In this document: positions 36,505-45,644 of the stretch, piece by piece
How the letters are laid out: each line of letters begins with the position of its first letter
How positions within the stretch are numbered: the stretch's first letter is position 1
Origin: a virus
Lineage: Duplodnaviria; Caudoviricetes
Direction: 5' to 3' (one strand)
Virus record (IMG/VR): IMGVR_UViG_3300035676_000010
Span: 1-51,181 of that record
DNA length: 51,181 nt
Program-made: the position numbers and the translations under genes
The notes under the pieces: generated by a model
The model's input: only the letters and a program-made list of their open reading frames with translations
What the model was told of the DNA's origin: nothing
The model's database searches: none

Positions 36505-37302
36505 ATGCCCAACGAAGATCCGCGGTTCACGCGCGAGGAATTGATCGCGCTGGGACTGGTGAAGGAAGAGGGCACGGAGACGGCTCCCGCGACGGCCCCG
36601 CCTGCCGCGCCACCCGCGCCCACGGTCGATCCCGCCGTTGCCGAGGCCCTGAAGACCCTTGCGCAGTTGCAAGCCCGTGCGCCCGCTCCTGCCCAGCCAG
36701 CACCCCCGCCCCCGCCCAAGCCCACCGTCGATGAGTTGATCGCTGACGGCAAGGTCGATGAAGCCCTCCTCCGCGCCCGTGAAGAGGTCCGCGAGGAGTT
36801 CTCCACGCTGACAGCCCAGCAAGGTGCTGTTCTGTCATCCATGAGTAAAGAATTCTTCCGCCAGAAGCTAGGAAATGATGAATTTTCTACGTGGTATCCG
36901 CTCATTCAGGTCGAATTGCAGAGAAATGGGCTGAGTGAAGCCGCCTTAGCGACTACCGAGGCGTGGGATCAGGCCCTTGCGCACACGAAAGCGCAGAATC
37001 TCAACATTTTGATGCAGCGTGAGCGTGAAAAGTGGCTTCAGGAGAACCGTTCCTCCATCGCTTCCGGCTCCCGTGGCGGTCCTTCTTTCGGCGGAGGCGC
37101 ACTCCCGGAAGGAATGACGCCAGACGACATGGAACTTGCGCGCTCTTTGCGTATTAATCCTGTCGAATACTCTCGCAATAAGCGTATTCTAGAGCGTTAC
37201 GTTGACCACCGTGGTGACGTAGACAACGCTCCTGTCATCAACCGCGACATCGCTAACCGCGACGAGTTTGGCGAACTGAAGATCAAGCCGGGAGAGTTCT
37301 GA
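36505..37302 (+). CDS. Capsid scaffolding protein
   Basis: Pro/Ala-rich N-terminus, coiled coils and an MTPDDMELARSLRINPVEY C-terminal motif; position upstream of the capsid genes. Confidence 0.65.
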   Translation: MPNEDPRFTREELIALGLVKEEGTETAPATAPPAAPPAPTVDPAVAEALKTLAQLQARAPAPAQPAPPPPPKPTVDELIADGKVDEALLRAREEVREEFSTLTAQQGAVLSSMSKEFFRQKLGNDEFSTWYPLIQVELQRNGLSEAALATTEAWDQALAHTKAQNLNILMQREREKWLQENRSSIASGSRGGPSFGGGALPEGMTPDDMELARSLRINPVEYSRNKRILERYVDHRGDVDNAPVINRDIANRDEFGELKIKPGEF

Positions 37303-37814
37303 TGGTACGGCGCAGCGGCAGTCTTTCTGAGGCTATGAAGGTTCCGTTTCCCGACGCAGAGGAGCATTACTGCTGGGTTCCGGTGACTGACCAGCTTATG
37401 TGGGCGCGTTATATGCTCGATGGCTACAAGCCTGTCATCGGGGAGCATGCCATTCGTCTCTACGGCAAGGAACTCTACGAGCAGGTCCGTGACGCTTCTG
37501 GACTCGTTCGTCTGCGTGAATTGGCATTGACTTATATCCCCCGTTCCCTTAAGATGCAGTGGGAAATAGAAGCTGCACGTGAGAACGCACGGATGCGAAA
37601 CATGAACCAAGAGGAGTTCATGCGAAGCATCGAGGCTCTTGGTCCCGCCTTCAAAGCGTTCATCACATCGCACGGAGAGTACGCGGACCTGAAGGAGTTT
37701 GAAACAAGGGAGTCCAACAACAGGGTGTCGCTTGCGGGCTTGAATGTCCCCAAGAGCGATGAGCCAAGCGCGACCCCTCCTACAGTAACGGGTACCACAA
37801 CCAAAGGAGGGTAA
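37302..37814 (+). CDS. Head-module hypothetical protein
   Basis: 170 aa; HYCWV...GYKPV...ELALTYIP pattern. Confidence 0.55.
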   Translation: MVRRSGSLSEAMKVPFPDAEEHYCWVPVTDQLMWARYMLDGYKPVIGEHAIRLYGKELYEQVRDASGLVRLRELALTYIPRSLKMQWEIEAARENARMRNMNQEEFMRSIEALGPAFKAFITSHGEYADLKEFETRESNNRVSLAGLNVPKSDEPSATPPTVTGTTTKGG

Positions 37815-37817
37815 CGT

Positions 37818-38228
37818 ATGGCATTTGTTCCGTTCAAGACTCGTCATAATGGCGCGCCCGCAGCCTTTGTTGGCACGGCAAACGCGACCATTGCGGCGGG
37901 CGATCTGTGCTCGCTCGTTGCGACGACGGGCAAGTGGACCAAGGCCGCGACGAGCGTGGCGGGTCCGCTGGCCGTTGCGGCGCAGGCGCTCGCTACCAAC
38001 GCATCCGGCACGTTCTATGCGGCGGTGGTTGATACCATCTTCCGCTGTGCCGGACACACGCAGGCTCTCATCACCGGCCTCGCCTACCAGTACAACTCGA
38101 CCACGATGGGACTCGCGTCTACGGCACAGACCCTTTACACCGCTCCTTCGCTGGAAGTCGTCGAGTTCGTCGAGGATGTCGCTACTGACCCCGCCGTTGT
38201 CATCCACATCGGCCGCGCTAGCAGCTAA
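37818..38228 (+). CDS. Capsid decoration/cement protein
   Basis: 136 aa, Ala/Thr-rich beta protein (TIAAGDLCSL..PLAVA) directly upstream of the major capsid gene. Confidence 0.6.
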   Translation: MAFVPFKTRHNGAPAAFVGTANATIAAGDLCSLVATTGKWTKAATSVAGPLAVAAQALATNASGTFYAAVVDTIFRCAGHTQALITGLAYQYNSTTMGLASTAQTLYTAPSLEVVEFVEDVATDPAVVIHIGRASS

Positions 38229-38240
38229 GGAGGATGACAA

Positions 38241-39161
38241 ATGGCACTCTCCGGTAGTTTTGCAAATTCACTCGCTCCCTACTTCCGCGACGTGGTGGGT
38301 ACCACTTTCGAGCGCTGGCCTTCTTTCTACTCCCAGCACTACCACGTCGAGACTTCTGACTCCGCCTACGAAGACTACATGCACGCTGCGGGGCTGCCGA
38401 TTGCTGTGTCGCGGCCCGAAGGTACGCCGACTCCGTTCTACGATCCGATCGAGGGTTCCACGAAGCGTCTCACCCATGAGGAGTTCGGCATCGGAGTCCA
38501 GATCAGCCGCGAACTCATGATGAACGACAAGCGTGGAGCCAAGGGTCCGATCCGCACGGCGGCGTCCTCGCTCAGCCGGTCGATGATCGAGCGCGTGGAA
38601 GTCGATGGCGCGGACGTGTACCTCAACGGCCACACGTCCTATACGACCATCGACAACGTGGCGCTGTTCTCTGCATCGCATACGCGCCTCGATGGCGGGG
38701 CGAATCAGTCGAACTTCCAGGGTACGGGTGCTGCTCCGTCCGAAACCACTATCGACGCTGCGATGCAGCAGTTCGAGTCGTGGTATGACGAGCGCGGCCT
38801 CCGCGTCGTGGATCGCCCGCGCGACATCATCGTGTCGCCCTACAACGCGATGGCTGCGCGTAAGGCGCTGGGTTCTTCGTACGCCTTCGATCCGGGCAAC
38901 ACCGCCAATTGGGCGAGCTACAACGCGATCAACACCGTCTACGGTGCGCTGAATCTCTTGGTGTGGCCGTATCTTGGTGCTTCGGAGACGCGTTGGTACG
39001 TCCGCTCTCCCAACCACACGATCATGTGGCTCTGGCGTGAGCGCCCGGTGATGGACGCCTACGACGACAAGAACACGCGCGTTGCCAAGTTCGCCATGTT
39101 CATGCAGTACTCCAAGGGGCCGATCTACTGGCAGGGTATCTACCAGAACGACGGGGCCTGA
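38241..39161 (+). CDS. Major capsid protein (HK97 fold, Mu gpT-like)
   Basis: 306 aa; strong TAAGGAGG RBS and biased codons; TSDSAYED, EG, ISRELMMND, DNVALFSASH, DERG...P..IIVSP, WPYL..RWY, WQGIY. Confidence 0.88.
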   Translation: MALSGSFANSLAPYFRDVVGTTFERWPSFYSQHYHVETSDSAYEDYMHAAGLPIAVSRPEGTPTPFYDPIEGSTKRLTHEEFGIGVQISRELMMNDKRGAKGPIRTAASSLSRSMIERVEVDGADVYLNGHTSYTTIDNVALFSASHTRLDGGANQSNFQGTGAAPSETTIDAAMQQFESWYDERGLRVVDRPRDIIVSPYNAMAARKALGSSYAFDPGNTANWASYNAINTVYGALNLLVWPYLGASETRWYVRSPNHTIMWLWRERPVMDAYDDKNTRVAKFAMFMQYSKGPIYWQGIYQNDGA

Positions 39162-39168
39162 TCCGGTA

Positions 39169-39203
39169 GAGAGGGGGAGACTAGCCTCTCCCCCTCTCCC
39201 TTT
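39169..39203 (+). terminator. Hairpin / leaky terminator after the major capsid gene
   Basis: 12-bp stem GAGAGGGGGAGA/TCTCCCCCTCTC followed by CCTTT. Confidence 0.6.
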
Positions 39204-39212
39204 GGAGGGATT

Positions 39213-39548
39213 ATGGCGAACGTGCAGAAGCCCAACTACCTGTTCTTCGATCAGTACACAACGCAGGCTACGACAGGCGGTGGTCCCTATCTTCCATACT
39301 TCACAGGCCCATTCGTCATCGAAAGCGTCATCATGACAGTGGGCGCTACGACTGGAACCTTCGGTATCGCAATTGACGGCGTGGATTCTGCCGTTCAGTT
39401 CATTGTTGCGACGGCCACTCGTAGTGTGCAGTTGGATCTTCCCGGTTGGAAGGTTGATGGTATTGGAATTAGTGCGAATACGACCAGTACATCGGGAATG
39501 ATTGCAGGAAGTAGCCTTCAGGTCCTGCTTCGTAACTACCCGGATTAA
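39213..39548 (+). CDS. Putative virion protein
   Basis: 111 aa, beta-rich; GGAGG RBS. Confidence 0.55.
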   Translation: MANVQKPNYLFFDQYTTQATTGGGPYLPYFTGPFVIESVIMTVGATTGTFGIAIDGVDSAVQFIVATATRSVQLDLPGWKVDGIGISANTTSTSGMIAGSSLQVLLRNYPD

Positions 39549-39551
39549 TCT

Positions 39552-39764
39552 ATGATCCGCGCACTTATGCAGAGTTGGTTCGGCCTTTTCACAGTGGAGG
39601 TTCCTATGGGACTTAAGATCCGCCTCGTCCGCGACGTTCCGACGCCGCCGACTTCCTATACGTTCATCGACCCTGACACCGGCGAGCAGCGCACCGTGAC
39701 GCCGGAAGAGATGGTGCAGATCGTCACGCAGCTTGTTCTCTCTGGCAAGCTGGAGATCGAGTAA
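39552..39764 (+). CDS. Hypothetical protein
   Basis: 70 aa; an alternative start at MGLKIR has a GGAGG RBS. Confidence 0.5.
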   Translation: MIRALMQSWFGLFTVEVPMGLKIRLVRDVPTPPTSYTFIDPDTGEQRTVTPEEMVQIVTQLVLSGKLEIE

Positions 39765-39804
39765 TGCCTAAGTGCAAGGGCAAGAAGAAGCGCTAGGAGG
39801 AAAC

Positions 39805-39888
39805 ATGGCCGCACAGGGATACCCCCGCGCCAAGGCGAAGGGTCAGCGCTCGAAGCCCAGCTATCCTGCTCCGAAGCAGCCCCGGTAA
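39805..39888 (+). CDS. Micro basic peptide (27 aa, absent from ORF track)
   Basis: MAAQGYPRAKAKGQRSKPSYPAPKQPR with an AGGAGG RBS. Confidence 0.5.
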   Translation: MAAQGYPRAKAKGQRSKPSYPAPKQPR

Positions 39889-39910
39889 CGCTATAGATCA
39901 GGAGGTCCAC

Positions 39911-40666
39911 ATGCCAACTCTCCTCGCGGGCGACATGAGCCTTGATCCGAGTTTCGGCGCGTGGACGATAAACCAGTACGCGAGTGTCTCAACTTCGGCG
40001 GGGGCATGGCCCACAACTGATACTGCCCCCGCCCTCGTACTCACGTCAGTTCTTGTCGGCTTCGGACAACACGGTGGCGCCACAACGGAGACTATAAATC
40101 TAACCGATGGCGACTACGTTAACATCACATTCAAATTCAAGCTCGTAACGCTAAACGCCGATGGCGTATACCTGTTTCTACAGTTTGGAAGCAACACCAC
40201 GACGTCGTTTATGTTCGAGGATGTATCCAAGATTGGCGAATGGCAGACCTTGAATTGGAACTTCAGATACGACGCGACGGGCGAGACTCAAAATCCTCCG
40301 TTGTTTGGTGTCACATTTGAAGCGGGAACAACCGCTGCTATGGATACTGCGGTTATCGACTACGTGCAGTCAGTTCGGGATTCAAACGTCGTCACGCTCC
40401 CCACGTACTACGCTGAAGCGTCAACTGCTGACGAATGGACTGCACAGGGTCTTCGCGGAGAGCATTGGTATCTGTGCTCAAAGTGCCAATTTCCACATCC
40501 TAAGTCTGAAACGGTCGTAGTAACCTCCCATACTGGCGCATCGGTACGCCGCTGTATGGCTTGCGTTGACCGGCCTCGTAACGATGAATCTCTCTCGGAA
40601 TGGAACGCTAAACTCACTTCCGTCGCCGATGGAGAGCTGCGTGACTCCGTGAAGGAGACTCCCTAA
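39911..40666 (+). CDS. Putative virion protein: beta-sandwich plus C-terminal CxxC..CxxC Zn finger
   Basis: AGGAGG RBS; CBM-like N-terminal region; LCSKCQFP...RCMACVDRP. Confidence 0.55.
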   Translation: MPTLLAGDMSLDPSFGAWTINQYASVSTSAGAWPTTDTAPALVLTSVLVGFGQHGGATTETINLTDGDYVNITFKFKLVTLNADGVYLFLQFGSNTTTSFMFEDVSKIGEWQTLNWNFRYDATGETQNPPLFGVTFEAGTTAAMDTAVIDYVQSVRDSNVVTLPTYYAEASTADEWTAQGLRGEHWYLCSKCQFPHPKSETVVVTSHTGASVRRCMACVDRPRNDESLSEWNAKLTSVADGELRDSVKETP

Positions 40667-41313
40667 TGACGCTACAGGACTTGCGTGACGTCGTATTCCG
40701 ATCTCTCCGTAACCGCACGGATCTCACGAATACGACGATGGATACAGCGATCAACAACGCGTACAAGACCATATCGAGAGGACGATTCATCCTTCCCGAT
40801 CAGCGCGTGATCCAGTTGTGGTTTCCACAGCTCGATACGATGTACGAACAGACCCTATCGGCGGGAACTAATTACTACAACTATCCGACGGACTGCACCG
40901 AAGTGCAGCAGGTAGCCTACGAGTACCAGTCAGGCTACTACCGTGCGTTGCTGGTCCGCTCTTGGTACAACTTCATCGACCTTGATACGAACCACTCGGG
41001 CACGCCGACGTGGTGGGCGCGGCGCGAACGTAAGATTTACTTGACTCCGTGGCCCAACGTGACAGGCCGTATCCTGCGCATCTACTACTACAAGAATCCT
41101 ACGGCACTTGTTGGATCGACGGAGACGCCAGTTCTGCCGGATGCGTATCATCTTCCGATTGCGATCTTGGCGGCGTATGATCTCGCTGTGCAGTATCACG
41201 ACGAGAACCAAGAGAAGATGATGCAGGAGTTCCTGCTTCGGCTCCAGCAGTTGCAGAGCGACGATCAGATGACGGTGGTTGATGCGTTCAACCGCCAGTA
41301 TCCGGTGGTCTAA
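40666..41313 (+). CDS. Head-tail adaptor / tail tubular protein A-like
   Basis: MTLQDLR..V, INNAY, GTPTWW, IYLTPWPN, YYKNP..L...TPVLPDAYH pattern of podoviral adaptors. Confidence 0.75.
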   Translation: MTLQDLRDVVFRSLRNRTDLTNTTMDTAINNAYKTISRGRFILPDQRVIQLWFPQLDTMYEQTLSAGTNYYNYPTDCTEVQQVAYEYQSGYYRALLVRSWYNFIDLDTNHSGTPTWWARRERKIYLTPWPNVTGRILRIYYYKNPTALVGSTETPVLPDAYHLPIAILAAYDLAVQYHDENQEKMMQEFLLRLQQLQSDDQMTVVDAFNRQYPVV

Positions 41314-42020
41314 TGGCTACGATTACTCGCGCTATTCCAAGTACCTTTAATACTACGCCCGCCAATACGGACTACATCTCCTCTGGCGACGACGAGATCC
41401 GCAACACGCGTGTGGACTTCCGCGAGCGTCTTGTCAACGGCGGGCATGTGTTCGGCCAGACGACTAACTACGCCTACGACGGTCGGCATGCCTGTGGTGC
41501 GGAAGGCAGCAACGACCAGTTCATCATCTACGAAGCGGACATGAACACGCCCGCGCTCATCATCGACGATAGTCTTAAGACGATCAGCGCCAATACCGCA
41601 GAAGGTTGGGTCATCAACGCGACGGCTCCTGCTGCTGATAACCCTACCCGACGTCAGATTGTGTGGTGGATGCCTGCTACGTTGACGACAGGACGCGAAC
41701 CATTCCAAGTTGTTCAGATGGCAAAGGCTGGTGATCTTGTCGAATGCCGTGTCCATGTCGAGGAAAGCACGCCGCAGAACTCGTCGATCAAGGTCGAGAT
41801 GCTGAAGTGCGCTGCGGCCAATAACCCGACAGACGGCAACTTCTCTAACGTCCTGTCTACCTATGCGGAGATCCAGACAGGTCAGTACAAGGGCGCAACG
41901 ACGAACTTCGTTTCAACTCCTTTCGTCGATGGCGACTACTTCGTTCCTGAAGTCACGCAGGTCGGCGGTGCGGGAGTTGAGGGCGGCAATCTGACCGTCA
42001 CGCTCATTCTGGATATGTAG
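41313..42020 (+). CDS. Tail-associated protein
   Basis: N-terminal P..TD..SSGDDEIR..R..RER fibre-anchor-like motif; C-terminal beta domain (GD..VTQVG..G..LTVTL). Confidence 0.6.
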   Translation: MATITRAIPSTFNTTPANTDYISSGDDEIRNTRVDFRERLVNGGHVFGQTTNYAYDGRHACGAEGSNDQFIIYEADMNTPALIIDDSLKTISANTAEGWVINATAPAADNPTRRQIVWWMPATLTTGREPFQVVQMAKAGDLVECRVHVEESTPQNSSIKVEMLKCAAANNPTDGNFSNVLSTYAEIQTGQYKGATTNFVSTPFVDGDYFVPEVTQVGGAGVEGGNLTVTLILDM

Positions 42021-42022
42021 CC

Positions 42023-42562
42023 ATGCCTAACACATTTGTACGCCCGGATCACGATGAACAGACCGTTTGGCGGCTTATTGAGCGTGAACCGGGAGAAGAT
42101 CCTATCTATCAATACGTAGTAGAGACAGATGTTGGCGCTAATGCGCGTGATGGAAGTACAACTACATATAAATTATATAAGATGTATGGTGAAAACGGAA
42201 CACTTCTTGGTGAGGGTGCCAAGCTGACTTCCGTTTCTACGTTTTCATTCACGTGGCCTACCACAGAAACGCAGAAGATCAGAGATGTTGAGATCCTATT
42301 CGCATTGACATCGCTGCCTACGCATACAACCTGCACGTTTGAAATCTATGACGACGATGTGGTTGTGCATTCGCAGGATCTCAATGAAGCCAGCGGGCAG
42401 CAGACAATTCGTAAGCTGCTGCCCTTAACGGACACTAATACACTCAAGATCAAGATAACCGCATCGACTGACAACACGGGCAGTGAAACCTACGCGTATT
42501 CCAATCTACAACTCTATGATGTCAAAGCGCGCTACGTACTATTTCCTGCGAAGATCATCTGA
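42023..42562 (+). CDS. Putative virion protein
   Basis: 179 aa, beta/Thr-rich; in the tail module. Confidence 0.5.
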   Translation: MPNTFVRPDHDEQTVWRLIEREPGEDPIYQYVVETDVGANARDGSTTTYKLYKMYGENGTLLGEGAKLTSVSTFSFTWPTTETQKIRDVEILFALTSLPTHTTCTFEIYDDDVVVHSQDLNEASGQQTIRKLLPLTDTNTLKIKITASTDNTGSETYAYSNLQLYDVKARYVLFPAKII

Positions 42563-42891
42563 TGGCTGAGAAGATTGTACTCATCCCCACGCGGACGACA
42601 GTCATCGCAACGGATGATGCCCGAACGCTTTCTGCTTATGTGGCATCTGAGACGACTGATCTACGCATTGCCATTGCGCGTGTTCAGGCATGGATCAATG
42701 CCAGCGTGCCGACCTCGACAGCGTGGATCATCGGAGTCGGCCCGCTGGCAGATAGGCCAGACGCCAAAATTGAATACGCAAATGGTGTTTACATCGTCCG
42801 CGAAGCGAATACTGGCGATCAGGTCCAGATATGCGTCATGGATGCGGATGGAGGATGGGGATGGGCAGGTATGGCAAGTGGATCGCCGTAG
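42562..42891 (+). CDS. Putative virion protein
   Basis: 109 aa; G.LADRP motif of fibre-associated domains. Confidence 0.5.
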   Translation: MAEKIVLIPTRTTVIATDDARTLSAYVASETTDLRIAIARVQAWINASVPTSTAWIIGVGPLADRPDAKIEYANGVYIVREANTGDQVQICVMDADGGWGWAGMASGSP

Positions 42892-45644
42892 CTGGGTGTG
42901 CGCTCGCGGCGATAGCGTCTGCTTTTTCTGCTGAAAGTATCTACGCGGTTTCCAACGATCTTACAGGAAGCTGCAACGCAAGCGTCTATACCAGCATCTA
43001 CGTCAGCCTATCTACAGGCAACGCCTTCACCTGCAATGGTACGTGGACAGCGTTTCTGTTCGCGGCGGACGTGCCAGAGGTGTCGGCAGACTACGTTAAG
43101 TACGGCGTTGATATTGATTTGGATGGATCACTCCCTCAGTTTGTCGTGGATACGACGACTGCACAGAACTTTGCCGGGTTCGATCTCGACAAAGATGGCA
43201 AGCTGGATCTTTCCTTGGAGTTATCTGAAGGAGGATCGCCAGAAACACCATACTTCTACATCGGAGAACTCTACTCTCCCGTGCGGTCGTATTGGTGGGC
43301 TGAGGGGTTCTCTGGCGACGGATTGGTCAAGATACTTGCGCGTGATTACATCCAACTTCAGACGGACACGGATGATTCTGGAATCAAACGCATCGACTTG
43401 CAGACCAAGCGATCCGGCGGAAATCCCTACACGACGTTCCGGTTCGACGACATTACGTTGACGTTCGAGGGCGCAGCAGACGACGCCAACGAAGTCAATC
43501 TAACTCCGCAAACCCTGACTGGCACGCAGACCCTCTACTTGCCTGACAAGACGGGCGGTGTGGTAGTGCTGAATGGCACGACCTACCCATCACCCGCCAG
43601 TCCCGTGTGCGCGGAATGGCAGACGGATGGTCGGCTAGGCGTAGCAGCTTCCAATCTGGCCTGCGGAAGTGGTGGTGGAAGCGGCGATAACGTCAAGGTT
43701 GATACGACTACCGATCCTGCTCCTAATCTCGCGCCTAATGACTATATCAACTTCATTGATTCAGGGCGGATCAATGTGACCGGCAATGCAGCAGGTTCGC
43801 CTGTTGATACCGTAACGTGGGATCTCATAGCCAACTCCGTCGGCGCAACCTACATCACCGATGACATCGTTTGGGGCGCAGACGACACCTTCGACTTCTC
43901 CAGCATAACCTACAACGCAGCCGGTGAAGGACTCGTTCTCCCTTCCGCCACGGACTGCACCTCCTCTACGGCCCCAAAGCAGGGAGCACTCTGCTGGGAC
44001 ACGACCTCCACAAACGCTAATACGCTTTGGGGAAGTACGGGATCTGGAGCGAATTGGGTCCAGATTGCTAGCTCAGGAGACGTCACAGACGTCTTCGATT
44101 GCAGCGGCGGAAACTGCGCGCAGATCACTATGTCTTCAAGCGACTTCTTGCGGGCGGGAACTGCGGGGCAAATCGCGCTGCAACAGTCTACGGTCAATCT
44201 GGCAGACGGAACGACGACCTGTACGGCGGCTGAGATTGGTGATATACGAACGGATACGGTGGGAAGCGTCGTTAACCCGGAACTCTTCATTTGCAGTAAC
44301 ACTTCTCCCAATCCGACTTGGCAGTACTTCGCAGGAGTGGTTGGGCAGACAGGCGTTACGACTTACGAGACGACAAGTGGCACTCAAGGACCTGGAAATA
44401 CGGGGCAGAATGGGTTGGACTTCCAGATGGGGTTCGACATTACGCCGAATACGAGTCCGGGAGATGCGACGGAAATCGCCATCGACATGACGGAAATAAC
44501 GCTGAATCACATTGGAACGTCTACCCCGGGGAGCTTTGACACAGGAATCTGGGTTGGAGGCGGCCTTCAAGGTCCGACCTGTCAGACCGAAGACAAAGCG
44601 ACAGTCGTCTATCTTCCTAAGTGCGATGGCACAAACGAAGCACTTCAATGGGTTCCCGCTCTCGACTTCACTGGTTGTGATAATGAATTAGAACATGAAG
44701 GTTACTTCACCTGCACGACGATCACGACGGCATCAGCGATTTCGGAGATGGTTGACGGCCCGGCTGCGGATCTGGATGGGGTGAATGCCGAGATTTATGT
44801 CGGAAGCAGCCCAATGTCAGGAGGAGCCGTCCTCATGAATCCCGGGGGCACAGGAACGGGTCAGAAGTGGGTCTTCGATACGGATGCGAATAACGGAGCG
44901 ATGATGTACCCGGATATATCGTCGATTCCTTATACTGCATCAAGTATCGGGACGGATACAAGACCTGTAGGTATTATGTACTCCTGTTTAGGTTTTGAGT
45001 TTAGTGGTCAACCTGGGTGTGGCAGTGGAAAGATGTCTAATGATTTTGATATGGATGGAACATTCGATCAGAAACTGGAACTAGATTCTTCGGGTCTCAA
45101 AATCTACCTGACCGAAGGTTCCACAACGCCCTCGATGGCGCTGGTCGCAGGCGGAATCGACGCGAACAACGACGGCGTGGCGGACAACCTCTCCACGAAC
45201 GGGTTGAACAAGTCGATGCCCAACTACAACAAGTCCTTCACGAATGAAACGACTGTCGTGATGGATGACCACTACCTCAGCACCGATAATCTCGTCACCG
45301 TCTGCTACGACGGATCGAACAACCAGATCGCCCCGGCCAGCGTATCCATCGGAACAGCACCGCTCTACTCCGTGACGGCGACATTCTCCACAGGCACGAC
45401 AGGGCGCTGTGTCATCAACGGCGGTGCGAACTCCCGCTACGTCACCTCCTTCTCCAACCAAGTCTCGATCACGATCACGCAGGCTAGCGTGGGAGTGGAC
45501 CCCTACGCTGCTCGCGTCATCTGCTACGATGATGCCGATCCGCGGAACATGGTCGAACCGGATTCGATCCAGATCGACGACGCAACCTTGGACATGACAA
45601 TCAACTTCGCGGTCGGTCAGACAGGCCGCTGCACGGTGTCCTGA
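42861..45644 (+). CDS. Tail-fibre/adhesin-like protein with N-terminal signal peptide
   Basis: Start ATG 42861 (GGAGG RBS); MGRYGKWIAVAGCALAAIASAFSA|ES; Thr/Gly/Asp/Cys-rich; DxDxDG loops; two C-terminal VCYD...P..V...F...GRC repeats. Confidence 0.7.
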   Translation: MGRYGKWIAVAGCALAAIASAFSAESIYAVSNDLTGSCNASVYTSIYVSLSTGNAFTCNGTWTAFLFAADVPEVSADYVKYGVDIDLDGSLPQFVVDTTTAQNFAGFDLDKDGKLDLSLELSEGGSPETPYFYIGELYSPVRSYWWAEGFSGDGLVKILARDYIQLQTDTDDSGIKRIDLQTKRSGGNPYTTFRFDDITLTFEGAADDANEVNLTPQTLTGTQTLYLPDKTGGVVVLNGTTYPSPASPVCAEWQTDGRLGVAASNLACGSGGGSGDNVKVDTTTDPAPNLAPNDYINFIDSGRINVTGNAAGSPVDTVTWDLIANSVGATYITDDIVWGADDTFDFSSITYNAAGEGLVLPSATDCTSSTAPKQGALCWDTTSTNANTLWGSTGSGANWVQIASSGDVTDVFDCSGGNCAQITMSSSDFLRAGTAGQIALQQSTVNLADGTTTCTAAEIGDIRTDTVGSVVNPELFICSNTSPNPTWQYFAGVVGQTGVTTYETTSGTQGPGNTGQNGLDFQMGFDITPNTSPGDATEIAIDMTEITLNHIGTSTPGSFDTGIWVGGGLQGPTCQTEDKATVVYLPKCDGTNEALQWVPALDFTGCDNELEHEGYFTCTTITTASAISEMVDGPAADLDGVNAEIYVGSSPMSGGAVLMNPGGTGTGQKWVFDTDANNGAMMYPDISSIPYTASSIGTDTRPVGIMYSCLGFEFSGQPGCGSGKMSNDFDMDGTFDQKLELDSSGLKIYLTEGSTTPSMALVAGGIDANNDGVADNLSTNGLNKSMPNYNKSFTNETTVVMDDHYLSTDNLVTVCYDGSNNQIAPASVSIGTAPLYSVTATFSTGTTGRCVINGGANSRYVTSFSNQVSITITQASVGVDPYAARVICYDDADPRNMVEPDSIQIDDATLDMTINFAVGQTGRCTVS

